Source: a bacterium (lineage in GTDB: Bacteria > UBA10199 > 2-02-FULL-44-16 > JAAZCA01). Taken from it: a stretch of 64,000 nucleotides of DNA. Shown here one piece after another: positions 21,788 through 31,502 of the stretch. Both the position numbers and the translations under genes were made by a program. How positions within the stretch are numbered: position 1 is the stretch's first letter; each line of letters begins with the position of its first letter. The DNA lies in assembly GCA_963674695.2 (NCBI GenBank), contig CAXXGI010000003.1, forward strand, positions 736,001-800,000, given 5' to 3'. A model generated the notes under the pieces. It was given only the letters and a program-made list of their open reading frames with translations. It had not been told where the DNA came from and did not search any database.

Positions 21788-22822
21788 ATGAGCGACGCAT
21801 ACAAGAAAGCCGGTGTCGATATCGATGCGGGCAACGCCTTTGTCGACCGCATCAAAGGGCATATCCGTTCGACCCACCGTCGAGGGGTGGTCTCGGAGCT
21901 CGGCGGCTATGGGGGTATGTTTGCCCCCGATCTGCACGAGATGCGCGAGCCCATCCTCGTGTCCGGCACCGATGGCGTGGGCACCAAACTCAAGCTCGCC
22001 ATCGAGATGGGCAAACTCGACACGGTCGGCATCGACCTGGTCGCCATGTGCGTAAACGACATCATCTGTAGCGGTGCCGAACCCCTCTTCTTTCTCGATT
22101 ATTTTGCGACGCCGAAACTCGATCTGGAAAAACACGAGGCGATCGTGGCCGGCATCGCTGACGGATGTCGGCAGGCGCGCTGTGCGCTCCTCGGCGGAGA
22201 GACGGCGGAGATGCCGGATCTCTATGCAGCGGGTGACTTCGACCTAGCCGGATTCGCCGTGGGTGTGGTCGATCGCGAGAAGATCATCGACGGCAGCGAC
22301 ATCGGCACCGGGTGGGCGATCGTGGGGCTGGCCTCCTCCGGCTTTCACAGCAACGGCTATTCGCTGGTTCGCCACATCGTCCGCGAAAAGAAGCTCGACC
22401 TGAACATCGTCCATGACGGCCTTGAAAAACCGCTCGGGGAGATGCTGCTCGCACCGACCACCATCTATACGCCGCTCGTGGCCAACCTCTCGCGCACGTT
22501 CCGCATCCGCGGCATCGCCCATATCACCGGCGGAGGCTTCTGGGACAATATCCCGCGCATCCTGCCCGCCGGCGTCACCGCCGTCATCGACCGACAGAGC
22601 TGGATCATTCCGCCGCTCATCCGATTCATCCAGCATCAGGGCAACGTCACCGAGGACGAGCTGCTGCGCGTCTTCAACTGCGGCATCGGCATGGTGCTCG
22701 TCGTACCCAGCGACGAAGCCGACGACCTGGCCCAAACCGCCACCACCCACGGGGTGCACGCCTACCGCATCGGCCAAACCCGTCGACGCAAAAAAGATGA
22801 ACCCTCTGTGGTCATCGCGTAG
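21788..22822 (+). CDS. purM: Phosphoribosylformylglycinamidine cyclo-ligase
   Basis: YKKAGVDI, TDGVGTK, GGETAEMP, HSNGYSL, HITGGG. Confidence 0.97.
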   Translation: MSDAYKKAGVDIDAGNAFVDRIKGHIRSTHRRGVVSELGGYGGMFAPDLHEMREPILVSGTDGVGTKLKLAIEMGKLDTVGIDLVAMCVNDIICSGAEPLFFLDYFATPKLDLEKHEAIVAGIADGCRQARCALLGGETAEMPDLYAAGDFDLAGFAVGVVDREKIIDGSDIGTGWAIVGLASSGFHSNGYSLVRHIVREKKLDLNIVHDGLEKPLGEMLLAPTTIYTPLVANLSRTFRIRGIAHITGGGFWDNIPRILPAGVTAVIDRQSWIIPPLIRFIQHQGNVTEDELLRVFNCGIGMVLVVPSDEADDLAQTATTHGVHAYRIGQTRRRKKDEPSVVIA

Positions 22823-22869
22823 ATCGCCCCTTGCGTTGTCGAACATTTTCGGTAAGATCGCGCGCACTT

Positions 22870-23520
22870 ATGCCTCGAACAACTCCCCTCAGCATCGGCG
22901 TCCTGGCCTCCGGCAGCGGGACAAACCTTCAGTCGATCATCGATGCCTGCAAGCAGGGCCAGATCCCCGCACGCGTTGCCGTGGTCATCAGCGACAACCG
23001 CAACGCCTATGCGCTGGAGCGCGCGCGCAAAGCGAATATTCCGGCACTCGTCTTCGAGCGAGGAGCGTTCGCCGACCGTCATGCCTTCGAGGGGGCCATC
23101 GTCGAAGCGCTGCAGAGCGCCGATGTCGAGCTCGTCTGTCTTGCGGGCTTTATGCGCATCATCGGAAAGACGATCCTCAATGCCTTTGTGGAGCGCATCC
23201 TCAACATCCATCCTGCGCTGCTCCCCGCTTTTCCGGGGTTGGAGGGGCAACGACAAGCCTTTGAATACGGCACCAAGATCGCCGGATGTACGGTGCACTT
23301 CGTCGATGCCAAGACCGACCATGGGCCGATCGTGCTCCAGGCCGCCGTTCCGGTGCTCGACAGCGATACGGTCGACAAACTCGCGGCGCGTATCCTGAGG
23401 GAGGAGCACGCGCTCTTTCCGGAGGCCATCCGGCTCTTCGCCGAGGGGGCGCTTCATATCGAGGGAAGACGAGTCGTTATCGACCCGCAACCACAACCCA
23501 TTCAAGATCAATCATTATGA
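22870..23520 (+). CDS. purN: Phosphoribosylglycinamide formyltransferase
   Basis: ASGSGTNLQ, LAGFMRI, NIHPALLP, GCTVHFV. Confidence 0.96.
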   Translation: MPRTTPLSIGVLASGSGTNLQSIIDACKQGQIPARVAVVISDNRNAYALERARKANIPALVFERGAFADRHAFEGAIVEALQSADVELVCLAGFMRIIGKTILNAFVERILNIHPALLPAFPGLEGQRQAFEYGTKIAGCTVHFVDAKTDHGPIVLQAAVPVLDSDTVDKLAARILREEHALFPEAIRLFAEGALHIEGRRVVIDPQPQPIQDQSL

Positions 23521-23533
23521 GGGGGGACTGACG

Positions 23534-24115
23534 ATGAAAAAGGGATTGCTTATATTGTGTGCTGTCATCAGCATCGCGACATTCAGTCACACCGCCATGG
23601 CCGAATCGGCGGCGGGCAATTTCACCGTGGGACTCGGCCCGGTCGGCAACATCTACGTGGTCGACTCGCGTCCACAACTCGACCCGGGCGTGGGCGGCTA
23701 TGTCTTCTTCGACTACCGATGGTCGCCGCAGTTCTCCACCCAGTTCAGCGTCATCGTCACCACGCAGGATGGCACCGGCATTTCGAACGGGGATAACGGC
23801 ATCGAATTCCTGGGCATCCCCACCTTCGACCTCAAGTTCTACCTCCTCTCAACCCCGTCACGATGGGATCCCTACGGCCTCATCGGTATGGGTGTCTATG
23901 CCGTGACAGAGGGAACCGCCAAGAACGGGACGACGGCCGTCGGCATCGGTGCCAACTTAGGGCTGGGCACTGACTTCTATATCACCGAGCGTTTCTCTGT
24001 GGGACTCTCAGCCATCTTCCGTTCCATCGGTCTCATCGACTCGGTCAGTGGGAACAATAACGGTACCGCGCTCTTCCCCTTCTCACTCATGGGGAATGTC
24101 GCCTACCACTTCTAG
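23534..24115 (+). CDS. Outer-membrane beta-barrel protein
   Basis: Signal peptide, alternating beta strands, C-terminal VAYHF. Confidence 0.8.
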   Translation: MKKGLLILCAVISIATFSHTAMAESAAGNFTVGLGPVGNIYVVDSRPQLDPGVGGYVFFDYRWSPQFSTQFSVIVTTQDGTGISNGDNGIEFLGIPTFDLKFYLLSTPSRWDPYGLIGMGVYAVTEGTAKNGTTAVGIGANLGLGTDFYITERFSVGLSAIFRSIGLIDSVSGNNNGTALFPFSLMGNVAYHF

Positions 24116-24124
24116 TGAAGGCAC

Positions 24125-24841
24125 ATGAACCATCGCCCCATCGCCATCATCCTGTTCTTTTTTTTCGCCCTCACACAGGGCTGTTCCGGACGCGCGCCTG
24201 ATTCAGCCGAGCAACGCGCACAGATGGTTCGCACGCAGATCACAGCTCGCGGCATCACCGACCAAAAGGTGATCGCTGCATTTCGCATGATGCCGCGCGA
24301 AGAATTCGTGCTGCCGCAATATCGCACGCATGCCTATGATGATAACGAGGTCCCGATCGGCTTCGGACAGACGCTCGACCGCCCCATTGAAAATGCCACG
24401 ATGATGCAGGCGCTCGATATCGATGCGAACGAACGCGTGCTGGAGGTGGGCACGGGCGTGGGACTTTTGGCCTCGCTTCTCGGACAGGTGGCCAAAGAGG
24501 TCTATACGATTGAAATCGATCCCAAGACCGCCGCGAAGGCACGGGAGAACATCACCCGGCTGGGGTTTTCCAATATCCGCGTCAAGACCGGCGACGGCTT
24601 TGTGGGCTGGGCTGAGCATGCGCCCTTCGACGCGATCGTCATGACCTGCAGCCCCAACCGCATTCCCGATCCGATCGCGGCGCAACTCGCCGAAGGCGGG
24701 CGTTTGATCATCCCCCTAGGAAGCGACGAACGTTTTCAGGATTTGATTCTCTTTGAAAAACAGAATGGAAAACTCATCGAACTCTCAAAACTCATTCCCG
24801 CCCAATTCGTACCGATGAAGGGAAAGATCCGTGACTCGTAA
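24125..24841 (+). CDS. Second, lipoprotein-type L-isoaspartyl methyltransferase-like protein
   Basis: Lipobox LTQGC; PREEF, GQTLDRP, LEVGTGVG, APFDAI. Confidence 0.85.
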   Translation: MNHRPIAIILFFFFALTQGCSGRAPDSAEQRAQMVRTQITARGITDQKVIAAFRMMPREEFVLPQYRTHAYDDNEVPIGFGQTLDRPIENATMMQALDIDANERVLEVGTGVGLLASLLGQVAKEVYTIEIDPKTAAKARENITRLGFSNIRVKTGDGFVGWAEHAPFDAIVMTCSPNRIPDPIAAQLAEGGRLIIPLGSDERFQDLILFEKQNGKLIELSKLIPAQFVPMKGKIRDS

Positions 24842-24863
24842 CTCGTGACTCGTGACTCGTGAC
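24830..24863. repeat. Heptamer (CTCGTRA) tandem supplying the stop of the second pcm
   Basis: cgtgactcgtaactcgtgactcgtgactcgtgac. Confidence 0.85.
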
Positions 24864-24898
24864 ACCGAATATCGTGTCGCCGCGAACCTCCATCGACT

Positions 24899-24967
24899 GT
24901 CATTCCCGCGAAGGCGGGAATCTCGAAGTACTCGAAAAATCGAGATTCCCGCCTTCGCGGGAATGAC
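24899..24967. repeat. REP/REPIN-like palindrome copy 3
   Basis: Same 27-bp arms as copy 1, between convergent genes. Confidence 0.92.
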
Positions 24968-25005
24968 AAAAAACGGAATAATCAGCATTCCCCGATAGGC
25001 ACTCG

Positions 25006-26082
25006 TTAGTTCTCCTGACCTTCCCGCTCTTGCTTCAACTTGTAAACAAAGACCAAAATCTCGGCCACCGCCTGATAGAGCTCCTCCGGAATCTCATCGC
25101 CGACATCCAGTTCGATGAGCGTCCAGGCCAGCGGCGGGTTCTGCACGATGGGGATGCGCATCTCCTCGGCCAGCTCGCGAATGGTATTCGCGAAGAGACG
25201 CTGCCCCTTCGCTACCACATGGGGTGCGGCCATATCGGAGTCTTCGTACTTGATCGCCACCGCCAGCTCCACGGGGTTGGTCACCACCGCATCCGCCGTC
25301 GACACCGCCTGCCGCACGTCGCCCATTGCCAGCTCCTGGTGCAACTGTCGACGAGCGCTCTTGATGAGGGGGTCCCCCTCGTCCTGCTTGTACTCGCGCT
25401 TGACCTCATCCTTGCTCATGCGCATCTGCTTCTTATATTGCCAGCGCTGCACGAAGACATCGATGATGGCGATGATGATAAAGATAATGAAGACACGGAT
25501 GAGAAACATCACCATAAGTCTGGCCGCCAGACCAGTGGATTGATCGGGCGTGGCCTGCACCGTGAGGACGATCTCTCGAATGCTGTCGCTGATGACGAAA
25601 TAGGCCATCAGAAAGATGAGAAAGAGCTTGGCGATATTCTTCAGGAGTTCGACGAACGTCGTCATCTTGAACATGTTTTTGATATTCTGAATCGCATTGA
25701 GCCGCTTCATCTGTGGCTTCATCGGCTCACCGGTAAAGATCGGACCGATCTGGATAAACCCCACGCCGATCGCGATGGCGACGATGACCAGCGCAAAGGG
25801 ACCGACGATGCGCACCCAGGTCATGAAGTTCGAGCGAGCCATGAGGGCAAGCTCCTCAAAGGAAAGGTTCCCGCGAGCGACCATATCGAAGTTGGAAACG
25901 AGCAGGCTGCGCAACTGGTCGCCAATGTAGCCGCGCATGAAGACGATGAGACCGAAGGCGGCGATGAGAATAACGATGGTGTTCATGTCGCGAGACTTCG
26001 CGATCTGACCCTTTTTGCGTGCATCCCGCAGCCGTTTTGGCGTTGCTTCTTCAGTCTTTTCCTGGCTGGATGATTCGAACAT
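25006..26082 (-). CDS. Type III export switch protein FlhB/SctU family
   Basis: EKTEEATPKR..GQIAKS, four TM helices, MSKDEVKREYKQDEGDP, VVTNPVE (NPTH site), PxVVAKG, IPEELYQAVA. Confidence 0.92.
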   Translation of the reverse strand: MFESSSQEKTEEATPKRLRDARKKGQIAKSRDMNTIVILIAAFGLIVFMRGYIGDQLRSLLVSNFDMVARGNLSFEELALMARSNFMTWVRIVGPFALVIVAIAIGVGFIQIGPIFTGEPMKPQMKRLNAIQNIKNMFKMTTFVELLKNIAKLFLIFLMAYFVISDSIREIVLTVQATPDQSTGLAARLMVMFLIRVFIIFIIIAIIDVFVQRWQYKKQMRMSKDEVKREYKQDEGDPLIKSARRQLHQELAMGDVRQAVSTADAVVTNPVELAVAIKYEDSDMAAPHVVAKGQRLFANTIRELAEEMRIPIVQNPPLAWTLIELDVGDEIPEELYQAVAEILVFVYKLKQEREGQEN

Positions 26083-26204
26083 CGCTCATTCCCCCTTAAG
26101 GGGCGACCCTAACAGAATCACGGCTCCCCCACAACCGCTTCTCGCTCGCTCCGAGCCTCCTCCGTGATTGATTCTCTCACACAATTGGGCTATCGTGGTC
26201 GTCT

Positions 26205-28298
26205 ATGGCGGACACCCCCTCCCAGCAACAGACCATCGGCCAATACTACCTCATGGAGAAGATCGCCCAGGGGGGAATGGCCGAAATCTTCAAGGGGCTC
26301 TCCTACGATGTCCATGGGTTGAAGAAGACCGTCTGCATCAAGCGCATCCTCCCGCGGCTGGCCGAAGACAAGGAATTCATCGACTCGCTCATCGACGAGG
26401 CCAAGATCGCCGTTCGCCTCGTGCACGGCAACATCGCCCAGACCTTCGACCTGGGAAAGGTGGGCGACGACTACTTCATGGTCATGGAATTCGTCGACGG
26501 CAAAAGCCTGTCGCAGATCCATAAGAAGTGTCTGGCCAAGGGCACGATGATCCCGATCCCCTTCCTGCTCTATTTCATCACGGAGTCCCTCGGCGGCCTG
26601 GACTATATCCACCGGCGCACCGATCAGGAGGGCACGCCGCTGAACATCGTCCACCGCGACATCAGTCCACAGAACATCATGGTCTCCTTTTCGGGGACCG
26701 TGAAGATCATCGATTTCGGCATTGCCAAGTCGCGCTTCAAGGCCGGCTCCACCGACTCGGGGCTGCTCAAGGGCAAGTTCGCCTACATGTCGCCCGAACA
26801 GGCCTACGGTGAACAGCTCGACCACCGCTCCGACCTCTTCTCGCTGGCCGTCATCCTGCACGAAATGCTCACGGGCAAACGCCTGTTCAAGGCCGAGGAC
26901 AACCGACAGACCATCCGCAACGTCCGGCGCACCAAGGTCGACCCGCCGTCGAGCTTTCGCGGCGACATCCCCGAAGAACTCGACCGCATCGTGCTGCACG
27001 GGCTGGCCAAGGACCGTCGGCATCGCTATGGCTTCGCTTCAGAGATGCGCGATGACCTGACGAAGTTTTTTCACCGCACCTATCCGGAGTTCCAGTCCTC
27101 CGATGCCGCAGCGTTCGTGCGAGAACTCTTTGCCGACGACATCGCCACCCAGTCCGAAGAGGATGCCGACGGAAAGACGCCCCACCTCATCATCGATCAC
27201 ACCAACTCGGCACTGGCCGACGATAGCCAGTTCGAGGCGACCGGCGTGGCCCGCGCGCCGGTCGACATGCGCGAATACATGCTCGACGAGCATACCGGCC
27301 CGCGTCGTCCGGAGCCGAGAGCGGAGCAGGCCGATGAGGAGGAGAGCCAATCGACCGCTCGCCGCCAACTCGAAGATTTCGCCCCATCGGACGAGGAAGA
27401 CGAACATTATGACGAAGCGGAAGAAGCGCTTGAGGCGGGTGATGAGGGCGAAGCGGAGGAGCAGGAACGGACGCGTCGCCGCTGGGTCCCCTGGGTCGCG
27501 GGCATCCTCGGATTTGGCATCGCCGCCACCATCGGGGCCGTGCTGCTCACCCGCGCAAAGACTGCCCCTCCTCATCCGGGACTGATATCCACCTTCGGCG
27601 AGATCATGGTCGTGACCGACCCCTCCGATGCGCGCGTCCTGCTCGACGGCGAACTCATGGGGAGCGGCTCGCCCGTCACGCTGCGCGACGTGAGGCCTGA
27701 AACCGATCACGTGCTGGCCGTCCAGAAGGAGGGCTTCACGCCGCACGAACGCAAACTCCGCCTGCGTGCCGGTGATTTCCTGAGCTTTCAGGTAACGCTC
27801 ACGCCGGCCATGCTGCCGACGGGGACCATCCTTCTCGAGACCACGCCCAAGGGGGCGACCGTCTTTCTCGACGACCGCGAGACCAGCCACCGCACCCCGG
27901 CCACGCTCGATGAGCTGAAGGCGGGAAAACGCTACCGGCTGGGCCTCTACCTGGATGGCCATCGTTTCTGGTCGAAACAGATCGAGCTCAAGGGGGGCGA
28001 AACCAAGACCTTCGACGTCCAGATGACGCCCGACTACGGTTCGGTGCGCGTCGAATCCGAGCCCACCGGGGCGCTCGTCGTGATGGGCGGCGTGCCCGTG
28101 GGACAGACGCCGCTCAAACGCGACAACCTCGAACCGGGGCGCATCTACCAGATCGAAGTCTGGCATGAGGGTTTCGAACACGCCAAGCGCGAGTTCAAGA
28201 CGATCGCCGGCCGCGAGGAGACCATCCGTATCCTTCTGGAACGCGAGGATACCCCCGCTCAGCGAGAGTTCCTCAAACGCACGAAGAAAAGACCTTGA
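26205..28298 (+). CDS. Membrane Hanks-type Ser/Thr kinase with C-terminal PEGA domains
   Basis: AQGGMAEI, VCIK, HRDISPQN, DFG, GKFAYMSPE, TM helix, three SxPxGAxV PEGA repeats. Confidence 0.93.
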   Translation: MADTPSQQQTIGQYYLMEKIAQGGMAEIFKGLSYDVHGLKKTVCIKRILPRLAEDKEFIDSLIDEAKIAVRLVHGNIAQTFDLGKVGDDYFMVMEFVDGKSLSQIHKKCLAKGTMIPIPFLLYFITESLGGLDYIHRRTDQEGTPLNIVHRDISPQNIMVSFSGTVKIIDFGIAKSRFKAGSTDSGLLKGKFAYMSPEQAYGEQLDHRSDLFSLAVILHEMLTGKRLFKAEDNRQTIRNVRRTKVDPPSSFRGDIPEELDRIVLHGLAKDRRHRYGFASEMRDDLTKFFHRTYPEFQSSDAAAFVRELFADDIATQSEEDADGKTPHLIIDHTNSALADDSQFEATGVARAPVDMREYMLDEHTGPRRPEPRAEQADEEESQSTARRQLEDFAPSDEEDEHYDEAEEALEAGDEGEAEEQERTRRRWVPWVAGILGFGIAATIGAVLLTRAKTAPPHPGLISTFGEIMVVTDPSDARVLLDGELMGSGSPVTLRDVRPETDHVLAVQKEGFTPHERKLRLRAGDFLSFQVTLTPAMLPTGTILLETTPKGATVFLDDRETSHRTPATLDELKAGKRYRLGLYLDGHRFWSKQIELKGGETKTFDVQMTPDYGSVRVESEPTGALVVMGGVPVGQTPLKRDNLEPGRIYQIEVWHEGFEHAKREFKTIAGREETIRILLEREDTPAQREFLKRTKKRP

Positions 28299-28334
28299 AC
28301 AATCGAGGCAAGCCGGTACACTCCGCGAACTCTT

Positions 28335-29249
28335 ATGACCGCCAAACGCAAAAAACCCGACAACACCGAGGACGCTTTCGAGCGGACCGTCGTGACCTCG
28401 ATCGAAAAGGTCGCCTGTCCGAAGGATGAACGCGCTTATATCCTCTTCATCGCCGGACCGCTCATCGGAAAGATGTACCTGCTCGAACGCGCGGAGACGA
28501 CCATCGGGCGTGCGGACGATGCCGATATCACCATCCGCGACCCGCGCATCTCTCGCGAACACGTCTGCATCAACGTCACGCCGGGACGAATCAGCATCAT
28601 CGATCTCGACTCGACCAACGGCACGTTCGTCAACGGGGAACGGGTCACTAAGGTAATCCTCGAAAACGGCGACAAGATCCATCTCTCGAGCGACACCCTC
28701 TTCAAGTTTGCCGTGGGCGATGAAGCCGAAGGCCTCTTCTATAAAGAGATGGAGCAGATGGCCAACTACGACGCCGTCACGGGCATTGCCAACAAGCACG
28801 TCTTCAGCCGTCGTATGAAGGAGGAGTTCAGCTTCGCCAAGCGCACGAAGTGGCCGCTTTCCTTCCTCATGATCGACATCGACTTCTTCAAGAAGGTCAA
28901 CGACACCTACGGCCACATGGCTGGCGATTACGTCCTCACCGGCGTGGCCCAGCGCATTCAAGAAGCGGTTCGCGACGAAGACATTCTGGCGCGCCTCGGC
29001 GGCGAGGAGTTCGGCGTGATCCTGCGCGGCATCGACAAACCCGGTGCGGTCACGCTTGCCGAGCGCATCTGCCAATCGATCGAGGCCAAACCCTTTCGTT
29101 TCGAAAACCAGAAAATCTCCGTCACCATCTCCATCGGCGTGGCCACCCTCGCCGGAGACAATTTCGCCAAAGCCAAGGAACTGCTCGCGCACGCCGATGA
29201 ATGCCTCTATGTCTCGAAGGAGAACGGCCGCAACCGCGTCACCGCCTGA
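28335..29249 (+). CDS. FHA-GGDEF diguanylate cyclase (DgcB-like architecture)
   Basis: FHA residues GR, SREH, NGT; DIDFFKKVNDTYGH; RDED I-site; GGEEF. Confidence 0.92.
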   Translation: MTAKRKKPDNTEDAFERTVVTSIEKVACPKDERAYILFIAGPLIGKMYLLERAETTIGRADDADITIRDPRISREHVCINVTPGRISIIDLDSTNGTFVNGERVTKVILENGDKIHLSSDTLFKFAVGDEAEGLFYKEMEQMANYDAVTGIANKHVFSRRMKEEFSFAKRTKWPLSFLMIDIDFFKKVNDTYGHMAGDYVLTGVAQRIQEAVRDEDILARLGGEEFGVILRGIDKPGAVTLAERICQSIEAKPFRFENQKISVTISIGVATLAGDNFAKAKELLAHADECLYVSKENGRNRVTA

Positions 29250-29271
29250 CCCTGGTCAATTCTAGTCTGTG

Positions 29272-29299
29272 CGCAACTTTTTCATCATCGTGTCGATAA
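29272..29299 (+). promoter_or_regulatory. Sigma-28-like promoter motif M3
   Basis: CGCAAC-tttttcatcatcgtg-TCGATAA, 7 nt before ATG 29307. Confidence 0.62.
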
Positions 29300-29306
29300 T
29301 TGAACC

Positions 29307-30404
29307 ATGAGTGACCCCATTACGGCATTCACAAAACAAGCGGCGATTGATGATGAAGGAGCGATTGCTCGCGCCGAGAGACATCTCAATATGCTCGACG
29401 GTTCGGACGAGATTCATGTTGGCTCCAGCATCAACATCTCCTGCAACCCCGCCCGCGACATATACAAACGCTGCTCTATCAACACCCATCAAAGTTACAA
29501 CGCCATTGATTCTACGCTGGAGAGCACACCCGAGCACCTCCACAAACGGTTTTTCGATCTCCTGCAACCGCTCTCCTCCGACTCGTATGGAACCAATCCG
29601 GCCAAGACCCGTGACGCCTTGTTCGGGCGCCTGCTTTTCTTCAATGAATTTAAAAAACGCAGATACCACGCAGCCGACATGGCCCACGAACCCTATCCGA
29701 AATTCATGACCGGAAGCTTCGCTGAACTCGCGGAGTACCAAGCTCGACTCGAACAGAGCATCCGCATCTATATCGCCGGCAGCGACCTCGACAAGACTGC
29801 TGTGCGCGCGGAATACGACCGCCTCTGGGCACCCATCCGGGAGATGAATCAGCAAATCGAAGAACGCACGCGCATGAGCGTTCCCACCGATCTGCGCGAT
29901 GAGATGGGTCTGCTTCTCAAAGAGATCGCGCGGATCGATTTCGCGGATCAGTCGCCGGAGGGGATCGAGCGCCTGCGCAGCCTCTCGATGGCGATCGAGC
30001 AGTGGGACGACCTGCGCCAGGCGCGAGCGATCGTTCTCCTCGAAGCATTCGCCCCGAATGCCGCCGTGCACGTGTACAGCCAGATCCGCGCGTCGAGTTG
30101 GGAGATCGTCGATGAACTGGGCGCCGCGCGTTTCTCGTGGACGGACCACGTCCCCAATAACGCACGCACGCTGGCACTTGCGAAGTTCTTCCTCCTCGGT
30201 TCGCCGATGAACAGCGACGGTGAACTTCGTATCGTCGGCGAACACGAAAACGGCTGGCTGCGCATCGAGGGAGCCTTCAAGAACGCCTCCGACCGATTCC
30301 CCCCCGTCATCGACGCCCGCCTCGATGTCCTCAAGACGCAGTCGTTCCTGCAGAGCCTCTCGAAGGAGCTCGGCGTAACCGACCTCCTCAGACAACGATT
30401 CTGA
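29307..30404 (+). CDS. Hypothetical helical protein
   Basis: 365-aa ORF filling the gap between the cyclase and folD; no motif recognised. Confidence 0.7.
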   Translation: MSDPITAFTKQAAIDDEGAIARAERHLNMLDGSDEIHVGSSINISCNPARDIYKRCSINTHQSYNAIDSTLESTPEHLHKRFFDLLQPLSSDSYGTNPAKTRDALFGRLLFFNEFKKRRYHAADMAHEPYPKFMTGSFAELAEYQARLEQSIRIYIAGSDLDKTAVRAEYDRLWAPIREMNQQIEERTRMSVPTDLRDEMGLLLKEIARIDFADQSPEGIERLRSLSMAIEQWDDLRQARAIVLLEAFAPNAAVHVYSQIRASSWEIVDELGAARFSWTDHVPNNARTLALAKFFLLGSPMNSDGELRIVGEHENGWLRIEGAFKNASDRFPPVIDARLDVLKTQSFLQSLSKELGVTDLLRQRF

Positions 30405-30425
30405 CGCCCGAGCGACCCGACTTCA

Positions 30426-30526
30426 CAAAAGTGGTCAAAACCCTACCACTACGAATGGCCTTCGGAGTGGTCAATTTGCTACCAGTACGAACGGCTTCTG
30501 TAGTGGTAGGGTTTTGACCACTTTTG
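30426..30526. repeat. AGTGGT..ACCACT element: 27-bp perfect terminal inverted repeat with internal 36-bp period
   Basis: caaaagtggtcaaaaccctaccactac ... gtagtggtagggttttgaccacttttg; AGTGGT at 30430, 30466, 30502. Confidence 0.9.
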
Positions 30527-30614
30527 CCCCTTCACCCCGCGCCCAACCGTTGACATTTCGTCCCGCGAGGAATAGGTCGTAGTCCTTCTTTTCCCCCTAT
30601 TATCGGGAGGTTCG

Positions 30615-31466
30615 ATGGCTCAGATCCTGGACGGCAAGGCACTGGCGGCGGAGATCCGTGAGGGGCTGGGGCGCGAAGCCAGCGCACTGGCGCAAAACGG
30701 TATCACGCCTGGGCTTGCGGTCGTCCTCGTCGGCCAAAATCCGGCCAGCCAGGTCTATGTGCGGATGAAGCGCAAGGCCTGCGCCAAGGCGGGAATTGCC
30801 GCCATCGACCATGACCTCCCCGCCGAGACGAGCGAGGACACGCTCCTCCAACTCATCGACCAGCTCAACGCCGACCCGAAGATCCACGGCATCCTGGTAC
30901 AGCTGCCGCTGCCGAAGCAGATCGACGAGGCGCGCGTGATCGAGCGGATCGATCCAGCCAAGGATGTCGACGGTTTTCATCCGGTCAACGTCGGACTCCT
31001 CGCGACGGGAAAGCCCTGTTTCGTCTCCTGCACGCCGGCGGGCATCATGGAACTGATCGACCTGGCAGGGATCGACATCGTGGGCAAGCGCGCCGTCGTG
31101 CTCGGGCGCAGCAACATCGTGGGCAAACCGGTCGCGGCACTCCTGCTCGCGCGCCATGCGACGGTCACGATCTGTCATTCGCGCACCGAAGACCTCGCGG
31201 GAGAGATCGCCCGCGCCGACATCGTTGTGGCCGCCATCGGCCAACCGGAGTTCGTCAAGGGTTCCTGGATCAAACCGGGCGCCACTGTCATCGATGTCGG
31301 CATCAACCGCTTGGACGATGGCCGTCTCGTCGGCGATGTCGAATTCGACGCGGCAGCCGAACGCGCCGACGCCATCACCCCGGTTCCCGGCGGCGTCGGA
31401 CCGATGACGATTGCAATGCTGTTGAAAAATACGGTTGAGGCGGCAAAGCGTACAACAGTTCGATAG
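30615..31466 (+). CDS. folD: Methylenetetrahydrofolate dehydrogenase/cyclohydrolase
   Basis: [35 protein letters not shown]. Confidence 0.97.
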   Translation: MAQILDGKALAAEIREGLGREASALAQNGITPGLAVVLVGQNPASQVYVRMKRKACAKAGIAAIDHDLPAETSEDTLLQLIDQLNADPKIHGILVQLPLPKQIDEARVIERIDPAKDVDGFHPVNVGLLATGKPCFVSCTPAGIMELIDLAGIDIVGKRAVVLGRSNIVGKPVAALLLARHATVTICHSRTEDLAGEIARADIVVAAIGQPEFVKGSWIKPGATVIDVGINRLDDGRLVGDVEFDAAAERADAITPVPGGVGPMTIAMLLKNTVEAAKRTTVR

Positions 31467-31502
31467 TTCGTCAGTCGAACCATCGAACCAAAGGAGACAA
31501 TC

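Noticed and set aside
30426-30526. Mini-CRISPR (36-bp period)
   Set aside because: Units abut without unique spacers and the last unit is inverted
31467-31502. Glycine riboswitch before gcvT
   Set aside because: The gap is only 36 nt and is occupied by short inverted repeats and the RBS
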